Source: Stegostoma tigrinum
Lineage: Eukaryota
Assembly (NCBI RefSeq): GCF_030684315.1
Contig: NC_081368.1
Location: forward strand, 48,189,734-48,253,733
DNA length: 64,000 nucleotides
Direction: 5' to 3'
Below, piece by piece: positions 36,329 through 48,756 of this stretch (its first letter is position 1; every line of letters starts with the position of its first letter). The notes under the pieces were generated by a model. The model worked only from the letters and a program-made list of their open reading frames with translations. It was not told where the DNA came from and searched no databases. A program made the position numbers and the translations under genes.

Positions 36329-37484
36329 GTTGGTATAAGGTACATTTTAACATTGTAATATTGATGTCTCAGTTTCTCATGATGCCAGCAGCATGCATAA
36401 AGAGAAACAGCTCGGCTTTGTAATATTTGATTTGCCAGTGATATATCATTCCTTTTTTTGTATGACTCTAATTTTGTTAACTGAACTTAACACAAGCCTT
36501 CAGTTTAAAAAATATTATCTAGGACTGACAACACTTGTTCCTGACTTGACATTGTTACTGGAGAAAAACTTTTTCATGGGTATGCTGACGCCACACAGCT
36601 CTGCCTCACCACTACCTCCCTCAAATTCCCTGTTATCAGACTGACCGACAGATTACTGACATCAAGGATTGGATGAGCAGAAAGTTTCTCCAATCAATGT
36701 AGGCTTTGGTAGAGGGTGAAGAATTAACAATTGATTTACTGAGAAGTGAGTTCCTAAATTGGAACTCTGTGTGACAGACTGTAACTTCAGAATTTCTGTG
36801 CTGATGTGTTTATCTGATGTGCTGAAGTTACGGTCACTTTCAGAGGGGAACTGTAATTATGAACTGTACATCTTAGTGTTGTGTGTGTATATACACATAT
36901 TTTTAATGGCACAAACTATGTGGTAGGAATGTATTCAATGAATGTAATGGCTTATTCTTTCCCAAACTGTACTTCTGAGATGTTCATCAATGAAATTTAA
37001 GGAGATCTGTCTCTCAGAGTGCTCCCCTTGTTATATCAATGCTCTATCCCGAATGTACCACAACACGGGAAATTGAGGTGAATGTCTATGATAACGGACC
37101 TTCTTTGTGCTCTCAGCTGAATGTCAATGGAATATATTCTAACAGGAGCCACCTATCAGAAATGTTAATGTGATTTGATAGAGATAGTATTTGCTGTCTG
37201 CTTTTTTTTTTAGCACTTTTGTGGTCATCACGATGGATCTGACAGCTAAGTTTTCTTGGAGACATCTTGGCGAAGTTATGCCACAGATTGATTTAGTTTT
37301 GGTATAGCCTAGACCCTCACCTAAAATCTCAGATATTGAATTTAGTTGCAACGTAGAAATGATTGTTATTCAGCAAATATCCACAGGTTGTGCCTCTAGA
37401 TAATTTTGATATTAAGTGTCTTTGTGTATTGAAAGTAAAATTACAAACTATGAAGTTGTGAATTAATAAATTGTGATTCTTTAG

Positions 37485-37631
37485 GATATACTGCCAGCAG
37501 TTCAGGGTGTGAGCCTCGTGTTCCACTGTGCCTCTCCAGCACCTTCTAGTGACAACCGAGAGCTCTTCTATAAGGTTAATTACATTGGGACTAAAACGAT
37601 AATTGAAGCATGTAAAGAAGCAGGTGTTCAG
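37485..37631 (+). CDS. NSDHL: NSDHL coding exon 3
   Basis: tttag|GAT...CAG|gtaaga; [49 protein letters not shown]. Confidence 0.97.
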
Positions 37632-37721
37632 GTAAGAAATTATACATCGCAGTTTTATAACCATTTGTCTTCCTGCCATTCCACCAATCTTTCATGATTA
37701 GCACATTTTTCTTGTACACAG

Positions 37722-37850
37722 AAACTGGTGCTGACTAGCAGTGCTAGTGTCGTATTTGAAGGCTCCGACCTAAAAAATGGTTCAGAAGACCTGCCATACG
37801 CTAAGAAGCCCATTGACTACTATTCACAAACTAAGATCTTGCAGGAAATG
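37722..37850 (+). CDS. NSDHL: NSDHL coding exon 4 (catalytic YxxxK)
   Basis: cacag|AAA...ATG|gtaagt; [43 protein letters not shown]; preceded by a 90-nt intron. Confidence 0.97.
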
Positions 37851-38616
37851 GTAAGTTTAAAAGTCTGACATCACTTTCAATTTAAAAATGAAATTGTAGT
37901 TATGAATTTAGATTTGTCTTAGATATGTTAGTTTATGATATAAACTTTACTGATTATTTGAGCTGAAGTATTTACTTTGCAACACTTTCTGGTAAAACAT
38001 TTCTGTTAAGAAAAATCACCTTATTCATAAAGATCTACTCCATATTGATGATTCTATTCAGTTCCCATTCCTCCGCTACAACAATATGTTTACAGCCTAA
38101 TAATGGAAGATGTACACTGTATTTATACTTTCCACACCTGGCATGATTATGATTTCAGAGATTACCAATCTGTGTAGCTTTTATGTTGTTTAATGCTGGG
38201 TCAAAGCCTGGATGTCAAAACTCACCTGATCCACGTGACCATTCAGTTAGCATTCCAGTTCTGCAATAGATGCAATTTAAAAGTAAACTTGTAAAAGTAA
38301 TTTTCTGTTGCTAGTCTCCTAACTTATTCATGTAGACCTTTATGTTTTTGGAGAGACTACATGCATCCTCCTTCCGTGCATATGTTTGCTCTTTTACATG
38401 TCTGTTTGTTCTTTCAAGCGCTCTTGCACTCTGACTATTGTATGGTACACTTGACCGTCCAATACTTGTAACATTTAGTTCTAAGTATTAAGATTCAGGA
38501 ATTGTATTGTCATTTAGAAAATATAATGAGAAAATTGCAAATTGCATTAATTAAAGTGGAAGCTGTAGCTTCTTCCCTGCCTGTTAACAACTGACATCTC
38601 TTTTTAAACATAACAG

Positions 38617-38759
38617 GAAATTCTTCGTGCTAATAATCCAGAACAGAACTTCATGACAATTGCAATTCGTCCACATGGCATTTTTGGACCTCAAGATCCA
38701 CATTTAGTGCCTGTCCTTGTACAGGCTGCAAAGACTGGCAAGATGAAGTTTATAATTGG
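38617..38759 (+). CDS. NSDHL: NSDHL coding exon 5
   Basis: aacag|GAA...GG|gttggt; [47 protein letters not shown](G), 143 nt, ends in phase 2. Confidence 0.96.
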
Positions 38760-39320
38760 GTTGGTACTGTTTAGACAGATTTGTGCATTTAGTGTTTGTT
38801 GAGTTTTTCATACTAAATCTGAACTTCTAGGAAGCAACAGAGAACAGTTGGAAGCTGGTAGTAACTTTGACAATGTGCTATGTCACTCGTCTGTTCTTTG
38901 GCGAGAGATTATCTGAGTGGGTAGTTATGTGAAAACATAATCCACTTTGCAACATGATTCTTTCCAACTCCCTGTGCTTTGTTATTGATAAATGGTGCTA
39001 CCTTTGATCTGTATTCAAAACCATTCTCATCTCCTTGTGGAATCATTAGAGTCTAAAGAAAGCCTAAGTTGTAAAGATGGGGAGTTGCATATTTTCATTT
39101 TCATGAATGTGAGTGGATAAATGTGTCATATCTCTGATATTAAGGGATGGGAGAATGTATTCTGTAAAACTTTTCTATAATTTCTAATTTATAAATTCTG
39201 CACATAGTTTAAAGCGCTATAGCTTAAATGTCAATTACCATGCCTTGGAATCTGCCGGATGTGACTGCAGTTTTCAATTGATTGTTTTATCAGGCAATGA
39301 GACTAACCATGTTTCTACAG

Positions 39321-39423
39321 AAATGGCAAGAACCTGGTGGACTTCACATATGTTGATAATGTTGTGCATGGGTTGATCCTAGCAGCAGAAAATCTTCACC
39401 CGAAGTCATACATCTGTGGAAAG
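39321..39423 (+). CDS. NSDHL: NSDHL coding exon 6
   Basis: Branch-point gactaac, ctacag|A AAT...AAG|gtaaga; [34 protein letters not shown]. Confidence 0.97.
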
Positions 39424-39429
39424 GTAAGA

Positions 39430-39790
39430 GATTCATAGAGTTATACAACATGGAAACAGACACTTGGGTCGAACTTGTCAATGCCAAACGGATATCCTAA
39501 ACTGATCCAGTCCATTTGCCAGCATATACCTCTAAACCCTTCCTATTCTTGTACTCAAACTGATGCCTTTTAAATGTTGCAATTGTACTCGCCTCTACCA
39601 CTTCCTCTGGCAGCTCGTTCCATACACACACCATCATCTGCCCCTCAGGTCCCTTCTAAATCTTACCCCTCTCATTTTAAGCCTATGCCGTCTAGTTTTG
39701 GTCTCCCCTTCCCTGGGAAAAAGACCTTGGCTATTCACTTTAACCATGGCCCTCATGATTGTTATAAATCTCTATAAAGTCACCCCAGAG
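39430..39790 (-). mobile_element. CR1 LINE 3' fragment
   Basis: catagagttatacaacatggaaacag tail then cctctaccacttcctctggcagctcgttccata, typical CR1 3' end in reverse. Confidence 0.8.
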
Positions 39791-40489
39791 TAATCTGCCT
39801 CGACATACATTATCTCACAACTTCATTGTTGTTTTGTTTGATCATGATTATTAGACTTGACATCATTTTTCCCATCGTTCCTGAACTGGTCCACTGGCAG
39901 TGCAGTGATGATCTATTTAAAAAGAATAAGACCCTGAAATTTCTGCCTTTTTTTTTCTGCCAATATGACTTCAATTTGAAAAATTTCAATAACCTATTTA
40001 GCCATGAATCCCATTGTTAACATGTGCAGGTGAATAGAAGAATCAGTTTAATGCAAGACTCCAAAGAGAGATTTATAATGGAAACACAAATTATCTCTGC
40101 AATCAGTTGAAAAGTTCTTTGTTTTCTTTGGCAAATTGTTAGTAGAAATTACCTTGTAGGTGGTTAATATCATAGTACAGTTGTAGCACAAAAGGAGGTC
40201 ATTGAGAGGTGAAGGCATAGAGGTATTGTTGCTGGATAGTAATCCAGAGACCCAAGTAATGCTCTACTGACTGGGTTTAAATCCCACCAGATGGTGGGGT
40301 TGGATTAAAAGCCTCATGATGACCACGAAGCTATCATCAATGGTTGTTTAAAACTCTACCATGCTTTCTTTATCGGACCTGATGTGGATCCAGACCTGCG
40401 GCAATATGGTTGACTCTTAATTGGCTTGCTAGGCCATTTTGAAGAGCAATAGGTCGAGCCAAACTGCTAATAAGTCTCAAAAAATAAAG

Positions 40490-40716
40490 TAAAAACCAAA
40501 AGAACTGTAGATGCTGTAAATCAGGAACAAAAACAAAGTTGCTGGAATAGCTTAGCAGGTCTGGCAACATCTGTGGAGGAGAAAACAGAGTTAATGTTTC
40601 GGGTCCAGTGACCCTTCCTTCTGAGGAAGAGTCACCGGACCCGAAACATTAACTCTGTTTTCTCCTCCACAGATGCTGCCGGACCTGCTGAACTTTTTCA
40701 GCGACTTTGCTTTTAC
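40490..40716. repeat. Inverted pair of Penelope terminal repeats with opposed hammerhead motifs
   Basis: About 90-bp arms mirrored around 40620: ...acagagttaatgtttcgggtccagtgacccttcct|tctgaggaagagtcaccggacccgaaacattaactctgt... Confidence 0.85.
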
Positions 40717-41819
40717 TCAAAAAAAGTAATTAAACATGACAAATCATCTGTAACCAAAAACTGAGAGAGCTGCCCCAAGCAACAGCCTGACTTTGTTAGG
40801 TATAATTCCATAGGTTTGACTGTGTCCCAGACAACATCATGTCCCTTCCTGGATCTGTTCTGTCTCACCATCAAGAGCACCAATAGTATATTTTCAGGAA
40901 GGAGTTGCCTTGGAAGTGCTGAATATTAACCCTGGAGCATACGAAGCTTCAAGACTTCAGGTGAAACAAGAGCCACATGCCACCCATCTGCTGATGAATC
41001 CATTCTTCCCCATGTTGACAGCCACTTGGAGGAAGAAATGGTGGCAAAGGCACAGAATGTACTCTGGTCAGGGACTTCAGTGGACTTCACCACCAGTGGC
41101 TCGGCAGCACTGCCACTAATAATGAAGCAATCCATACCCAAATGCACCAAGATGTAGGTAGTTTCTAAATTTGAGCTGACAAATAGTGAGTATCATCTTG
41201 TTTGACTCTTCAACCACCTTTATCTACATCAACTTGGCTGCACCAATTCAAGAAGGCAGCTCACCATCATTCTTTGAATGGCAGTAATGGTTGGGCAATA
41301 AATTGTGAAACCCATGTCCCCTGAATAAATAATATCAGGAAAAAAAGAATTTAGTCTTCTATTCATGCTGGTTCTCTGCCACAACAACTCTGAGTCGTAC
41401 TTTGCCCTCCTTTCCTCTAAAGCACTGTAGATTTTCTTTTCTCCTCAGATAATTGTCAAATTCTCTCTCGATAGCCTCACTTAAATCATCTTTCACCACA
41501 TTCTTGGGTAATTCCAAATGTTATCCAGTTGTCATTCCTTTTTTGTTAAGAAAGAGTTTTACTTCATGTTGCCAATTATTCTCCTGAGTGACCTTAAATC
41601 AGTGTCCCTTGGTTTTTCATCCTTCTGTCAGTCAGAACAGTTTCTCCCTAAATAATCTGTCCAGACCACTCCATTTTCAACACCTGTATGAAATGTACTG
41701 TAATCGTCCCTGCTCCAAGGAGGTAGGGGTTCCTGTGGTCCAGTGGTAATGACCCACCATGAACACAGGTCTCTTGGTTCAAAGTCTCACAAAGTTCTCA
41801 CAGAACAGGGACTTGAAAG

Positions 41820-42070
41820 GAATTTGTGGATTTACATGTACATCTTGATCAATTAAAACCCTCTAACTGACTAAAGATCTGACATCGTCTTATGTTTGTT
41901 TAGTACATCCTCATAGGTGGTGTGACCCTTTGATCTTTTTCTCATAAACTCTGTGTCTGTTACTACCTCTCTCACTAACGCCTGAAGAAGGAGTCAGACT
42001 CTGAAAGCTTGTGTTTTCAAATAAACCTATTTTACTATTACCCGGTGTCTTGTGTATTCTGACATAATCC
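41820..42070 (+). repeat. Penelope terminal-repeat fragment (third family)
   Basis: CTGAAGA-AG-GAGTCAGACTC-T-GAAAGCTT at 41982-42010 followed by aaataaacct...; related to 57865-59150. Confidence 0.65.
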
Positions 42071-42177
42071 ATGTTGCCATTGAACAAAATTATTGTTATA
42101 TAGTGTGAAGTTAGTTTGAAAGAACTGTTATTTTGAAATATAAATAGTACATTAACTTTCTTTTTTAATTCCAATAG

Positions 42178-42510
42178 GCTTATCATATCACAAATGATGA
42201 ACCAATTCCCTTTTGGACATTCTTGTCTGAAATTTTAGTTGGACTAAATTATGATCCTCCAAAGTATCACATTCCATACCTGCTGGCTTATTACTTAGCC
42301 TTTTTTCTCTCAATTTTGGTGTTGCTATTAAAGCCAATTGTGACCATTAAACCTACATTCACTCCCATGCGAGTAGCATTGGCTGGAACATTCCACTACT
42401 ACAGCTGTGAAAGGGCAAAGAAAGATCTAGGATATAAACCTGTTGTCTGCCTGAGTGAAGGAATCAAGTATACAATTCAAAGTTTCACATACCTCAGCAG
42501 GTCAAAATAG
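42178..42510 (+). CDS. NSDHL: NSDHL last coding exon (membrane anchor and C-terminus)
   Basis: aatag|GCT; [20 protein letters not shown]...[30 protein letters not shown]...FTYLSRSK*; the seven exons sum to 1035 nt = 344 aa. Confidence 0.97.
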   Translation, partial: AYHITNDEPIPFWTFLSEILVGLNYDPPKYHIPYLLAYYLAFFLSILVLLLKPIVTIKPTFTPMRVALAGTFHYYSCERAKKDLGYKPVVCLSEGIKYTIQSFTYLSRSK

Positions 42511-44127
42511 CAACAGTTTGAACCAACCCATTATACTTCTGGCTTTCAAACTGATGATAGCACATGGATTTGAATATCAAGATTCACCATTACTCTTTCT
42601 TTGGTAATTTGAAATGTTTACTAGTTCTTCACTGGGTTGCAAGATATGTATTTATGCAACAACTAAATTGCTGCCTTTTGATATTCCTGGAAGAGGTATC
42701 GATCGTATTCATTGGTATTATTTTCTATGGCCTTATAGGTAAACAAGTATAACTCTCATCTCTCTGTGAATGCTCTAGATAGTCAGTATTGGTGACCAGG
42801 AAGCATTGAGTGAAAACTAATGTTTACAGTATCTACTTTGATACATTTTGGGAATCATTAAAGCTGTTGTTTAATGCAAATTAACAAATAATTCAACTTG
42901 AGTTTGAAAGACTGTTTTTATGTATGTCAAGTTCTTGGATGTGAAATGTTTGGTATTCACTTGACCCTTTTAACTCATTATTTTAAAAATCATCTCCAAG
43001 GTTGAAGCTCTGTAGCTTTATACGGCCTTGCTTCTCAAGGATACAAATATTCAGCTTTTTGTTTTGAACTTTGTGCAATGTTTTTGTGTTTCAAGTGGTA
43101 CTTCTTGTTTTTGGGAAAGTTTAGGTAAAATAAAATAATCAGAAAGTTGACCAAAATCATGAAACTGAATTTTGTTTCTATAACATCACTGCAAACATAA
43201 TCTCAGAATGTTGGGATATAAATAAGCGAAAATAAAATCATCTTCCTTTTTTTCCCTTGTGTTTAACAATATCCAAATAGTTTGTTCTAAACTCAGAATG
43301 TGATATTGCTATGAAACTTTTAGTTATTCCTATTCTCAAGTATAATGACACCATTCTTCATCATTTCTTTTCTTCAAAGATGACAATACATATTTTCTGT
43401 ATGTCTGTGACAAAATTTCAGTAACTTCTTCGTGGTGTTCTCTTTACTGTGTCTCTGACTGCTTTTCTTTAGGGTGGAAATAATACATTGATTTAAATCT
43501 CAACGTTGTTTCACTTAATTCTATGTTAAATCTTTCAAACATACATGTGGATCCTTAAACGGTTAAAACATCAAGATGTCAAATGTCATTTGTTTCTTTT
43601 AAAATACTTCCTAAATACCATTTGAAAGACTAGTGTCTTCAGACCTCTGGGCTTGTTATCATGCATATCCTGTTCAAATTAACTGTTCTTCAAAGGGAGT
43701 ACTGGATATTATTCCTTCAAAGCTATGAATTGTAAGTTTGGATTTGCTTTCTCTGAATTACAGGCTTGAGGGGCTGAATGGCTTACTCCTGTTCCTTTAT
43801 TCCAGAAATGAAATATGATTCCTTAAGAATACATGACTGTAAATCATAAAACTATTCCTTTTGCTGAGATTGTAAACTGTCATCACAATCTGTTTTAGTA
43901 TTTGTTTATCCCAAGGCTGATGGTGATATGTGAGATTTCATCTAACTTAGCTTTTTAACCCTTCTGTGAACTGTCTTCTGATGTATTTCAATTGATTAAA
44001 CATGCCACCTATACTACTGTTACAGGAAAAAGTCTCCGGTTGTCTTTCTTTATGAATTGACTTGAGATGTAAAAACATTCATATGTATTGCCCAGTAACA
44101 ACAAAAAGGTTTGGAGTTCACAAATAT

Positions 44128-45086
44128 GGTCCATCCCCGCCCTTGTCTGCTTTCCCGAGAGACCACTCTCTCCGTGACTCCCTTGTTGGCTCCACACTGC
44201 CCTCCAACCCCACCACACCCGGCACCTTCCCCTGCAACTGCAGGAAATGCTACCCTTGTCCCCACACCTCCTCCCTCACCCCTATCCCAGGCCCCAAGAT
44301 GACTTTCCATATTAAGCAGATGTTCACCTGCACATCTGCCAATGTGGTATACTGCATCCACTGTACCGGTGCGGCTTCCTCTACATTGGGGAAACCAAGC
44401 GGAGGCTTGGGGACCGCTTTGCAGAACACCTCCGCTCAGTTCGCAATAAACAACCGCACCTCCCAGTCGCGAAGCATATCCACTCCCCCCTCCCATTCTT
44501 TAGATGACATGTCCATCATGGGCCTCCTGCAGTGCCACAATGATGCCACCCGAAGGTTGCAGGAACAGCAACTCATATTCCGCTTGGGAACCCTGCAGCA
44601 CAATGGTATCAATGTGGACTTCACCAGCTTCAAAATCTCCCCTTGCCCCACTGCATCCCAAAACCAGCCCAGTTCGTCCCCTCTCCCCACTGCACCACAC
44701 AACCAGCCCAGTTCTTCCCCTCCACCCACTGCATCCCAAAACCAGTCCAGCGTGTCTCTGCCTCCCTAACCTGTTCTTCCTCTCACCCATCCCTTCCTCC
44801 CACCCCAAGCCGCACCTCCATCTCCTACCTACTAACCTCATCCCACCTCCTTGACCTGTCCATCCTCCCTGGACTGACCTATCCCCTCCCCACCTATACT
44901 CTCCTCTCCACCTATCTTCTTTTCTCTCCATCTTCGGTCCGCCTCCCCCTCTCTCCCTATTTATTCCAGTTCCCTCTCCCCATCCCCCTCTCTGATGAAG
45001 GGTCTCGGCCCAAAACGTCAGCTTTCGTGCTCCTGAGATGCTGCTGGGCCTGCTGTGTTCATCCAGCCTCACGTTTTATTATCTTG
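44128..45086 (+). mobile_element. Penelope-like element, 5'-truncated, with GIY-YIG domain and terminal repeat
   Basis: RDHSLRDSLV...PGTFPCNCRKCYPC...FTCTSANVVYCIHC then (frameshift) YIGETKRRLGDRFAEH; CTGATGA motif at 44992-45021. Confidence 0.92.
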
Positions 45087-46564
45087 GTCACATTTTATCT
45101 TGGGGCACATTGGCTAGTTCATGGATTTCTCAGTCTAGAACTAAAATCCAGTAAGCTTTGTTAAAATGTTGGTGCTCTGAAAACAAAAACAGAAAGCACC
45201 TTTTGAGAACTTTTAAACATCGTGGATGGATTGTTAACCATAATTGTATTATAGATGTTAATTTATTTTAATATATTACGCTGAATAAAACTACACTATT
45301 ATTTCTTTCTTAAATCTTTTTAATAATCCTCATCGAAAGCTCGCTTTTAAGACATCATGAAGAAATTTGTCCAAATCATTTATTTAATTTGAGTTTGAAT
45401 GATCTAGCCCATTCTTTTATAGAATTAAGGAGTAGCTTAGCAGAAACTCTCTATTTTGATGGGACATCTAAATGTCTCAAAATGCGTCACAGAAGATTGG
45501 ATTGATTCTTGATATTAGTGTTTGATGTGTCATTTTGGAGCCTCTGTATCCCAAAAGCTCATCTTGACTGTATATTTACCCTCTTCCTGTTAGAAATTAG
45601 GGTTCCTTTTAAAGTTGAATTTGTCTAGTATTTACTGCGTAGCAAATAATTTGGATCTGAATCAGTTTGTAATTAGACAAAAGGAAGGTGACAACGATTG
45701 CCAAGGCCGTAATGTTTCATAAGCTTATGCCAAATAATTATATGGCAGTTCATGTAGCCTAGTATAAATGCATTGTTTAGGAAAATAAAAGATTTTTCCC
45801 CTCAAACGGAATGATGAATAACTTCCAGACGAGATTGAGCAAGTGCAGATGAATGTCAAGAATAGCTGTCCTATGTCTATTGGCTAGAACATTTAAATGG
45901 GTAATTGACACAAACTATCAACCTGTGGAATTATGGCATATCGACAAGTGCTCAGGATCAGACATAGTACTTGTACAGACATCCCTTGACAGAGGGCTGG
46001 CCCATCTTCCATCTGAAGAAAGCAGCTGAGATTGTAGGAAGATCCAGGGAAGAGTTCTGTAACACATCAGCTAGAGAGCAAGATGTAGTCCTTGCATTAA
46101 AGAGTTTGACATACATAGAAAACTACAGCACAGTACAGGCTCTTTGGCCCTCGATGTTGCGCCAACCTGCGAAACCAAACTGAAGCCCATCTAATCTACA
46201 CTATTCCATTATTATCATATAGTTCATGCCCACTGCTTGTTCACCTTCTGGTATCAATGACAATCCTCTCATCATGGATCGGACACTTTTTTTTGTCTAG
46301 TTAACTAGACAACATCTAACTGCTGTTTCTTAAACTTAATACATTATCTGAAATTTTCTTATGCATGTTTGACTGACTATACTCATGAATTGTCAAAATC
46401 TAACCTAGTACTACACTTGCACATTATCTACGGGATCTATGTGACATCCAGCAAACCTCAAAAAGTGCTCAGATATCTCATTTGTTAAGACTCACCAGTG
46501 GTCTATTGTTTACCATAAATAATTAGTCAAGCCCTAAGACTCAGCAAATAAAGAAGGATTAAAG

Positions 46565-46875
46565 GCCAATTATGCTGCGGTGGTAGTGTCCCTGCATCTG
46601 AGCCAGGAAGCCCAGGTTCAAGTCCCACCTCCTCCAGAGGTGTGTAATACCATATCTGTACAAGTTTATTAGAAAATATTATAAATTTAGGACACTTGTA
46701 GCTCTGAGCCAGAGGCCTAGGTTCAACTTCCCCTTTTCTCAAGAGGTGTGTAATAACATCTCTGAACAGGTCGATTAGCAAAAATTAGAATAAAAATTAA
46801 AGACATTTGAAATGTAGCAGAGTGTCCCTAACTGTGGGCCAGAATGTCAAATGAAAGTCCCTCTTGCCCCACACA
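46565..46875 (+). repeat. Tandem tRNA-like SINE units (about 3 copies)
   Basis: Repeating ctgagccag..ggttcaa(g)tcccacct..agaggtgtgtaata..at.tctg.aca.gt..attag.aaaa units with B-box-like GGTTCAAGTCCC. Confidence 0.6.
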
Positions 46876-46879
46876 TAAA

Positions 46880-47725
46880 ACTCTACATCGCAGGAATAGG
46901 CCCTTCAGCCCACTATGTCATTCTCAACTAATCCCATCTGCCTGCAATTAGTCCACATCCCTCTCTTCCTCATCTGTTCATGTGTCTATCTAAATGCCTC
47001 CCAAACTTTGCTAATTATTCTGCTTCTACCACCTGCATTCCAGGAATACTAGCTTCTATGTAAGAAAAAATAATTTCTTGCACATGTCCCTTTAGCATTT
47101 TTTTTCTCACCTTAAACTATGCACCCTTGTATTTGGCATTCCCATCCTGAGTTAAAAAAAAATCAGACTATCCACACCTGTCATATTTGATATGTTTCAT
47201 CAGGTTGACGCTCAGCCTCTAATGCTCTAGCTAAAATAATCCAAGTTTGTCAATCTGTTCTTGCAGCTAAGATATACTCCAATCTAGGCAACATCCTGGT
47301 AAAATCGTTTACACCCTCTCTAAAGCTTCCACATCCATCCTGTATTGTGGGGACTGGGACTGCAAACAAAACTGCAAATGTGGCCAAACTAAAGTTCTAT
47401 ACATCTGCAACATGATTTGTCAATTTTTATACTTGATGCCCTGACTGATGAAGGCCTTTCTTGCTTCTTTATTTACTTGACACTTTCTATGGACTTGGAT
47501 CCCAACATTTCTGTGTATATCAGTACTTTGAAGGATCCTGCCGTTAAATATATACTTTCCTGTTGCAATTGACCTCCCAAAATGCATCACTTCACACTTG
47601 TCTGGATTAAACTCCATCTGCCATAGATCAATTGTATTCTTTCTCACGGGCTAATTGGACCACCTACATTTTCATCCACGTTATATATACGTTACAAACA
47701 ACAGAGATCCCAGCAGTGATCTTGC
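46880..47725 (-). mobile_element. CR1 LINE RT-to-3' fragment
   Basis: ORF 47420-47647 contains WQMEFNPDKCEVMHFG as in the 21610-22745 copy. Confidence 0.82.
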
Positions 47726-48429
47726 AGACCCTCAGAAAGCCAACAAAACCCTATTGAATTATTCAAAGACAGCAAAAAAGATGGATGTGAAAAGATTGAA
47801 ATGAAACATGTGGGATCTCCTGACTAAAGATAAAAGCATCTCAGAAGGATAAGTGAGGAGTGTACTCAATAGGGTTAATAAATGGATTATTTCTGAGTTC
47901 CACTGCAAAGAACTCATCAACCCAAGATGTGATTGAAAACTGTTTACAATATGCTTGTGTCATTTGTACTCGTAAGTTGTGGGTCCAAGGCCCATATATG
48001 GTACACCTAAAATTTTTGGTGGCCTTTCCATCATCTATTCACCTATCCTGACCTGTGAGAAATTAAACCTGGCAATAGGTGGTGAACAAGTGTGCAAAGG
48101 CAAGAGTGGCTTGCCCAATTGCAGCCCTGAAATGCCCACTTAAGGGCTGCTTTCCACCTAGGTACCATTTTGAAGTTTGGTTGTGATTCGAGGTCAGGAA
48201 CAAAGCTAGTAAATTAGCCTGCTTTGGTTCCATGAGGAAAAGATAATGTGTTGGAATGACCTTTCTCATGGGATCTCATTTCCAGATTAGTCTGACCCTG
48301 CTCCCTGCTCCAGTGGCACTTATCCCCTGGTGTTTCTGATCCACATTTGATTTCATCTAAGAAAAGTAAACCTTCACAAATACAGCAGCTTTCCTTTCAT
48401 TTCCTGCCCTGACACCCCTCCAACTACTT

Positions 48430-48756
48430 GGGGCAACACAGTGGCACTGCAGCATCACAGCGCCAGTGCCTCACGTTCAAATCCACCCGTGGGCAACTCT
48501 CTGTGTGGAGTTTGCACATTCTGTCCTTGCGTGGGTGTCCTCCGCGTGCTCCAGTTTCCTCTCTCAGTCCAAAGATGTGCAGGATTGGTTAGGTGGATTG
48601 GCCGTGCTAAATTGTCCATTGTGCTCAAGGATGCGTAGATTAGGTGGATAACGGCGGGGGGGGGGGGGGGCGTGGGTGGGTGTGGGACGGATTCTCTGAG
48701 GGTCAATATGGACCTGTTGGGCCGATGGGCCTGTTTCCACACTGTAAGGATTCTAT
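48430..48756 (+). mobile_element. HE1-type V-SINE
   Basis: Head, central tgtggagtttgcacattct domain and tail gggcctgtttccacactgtaaggattcta. Confidence 0.85.
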
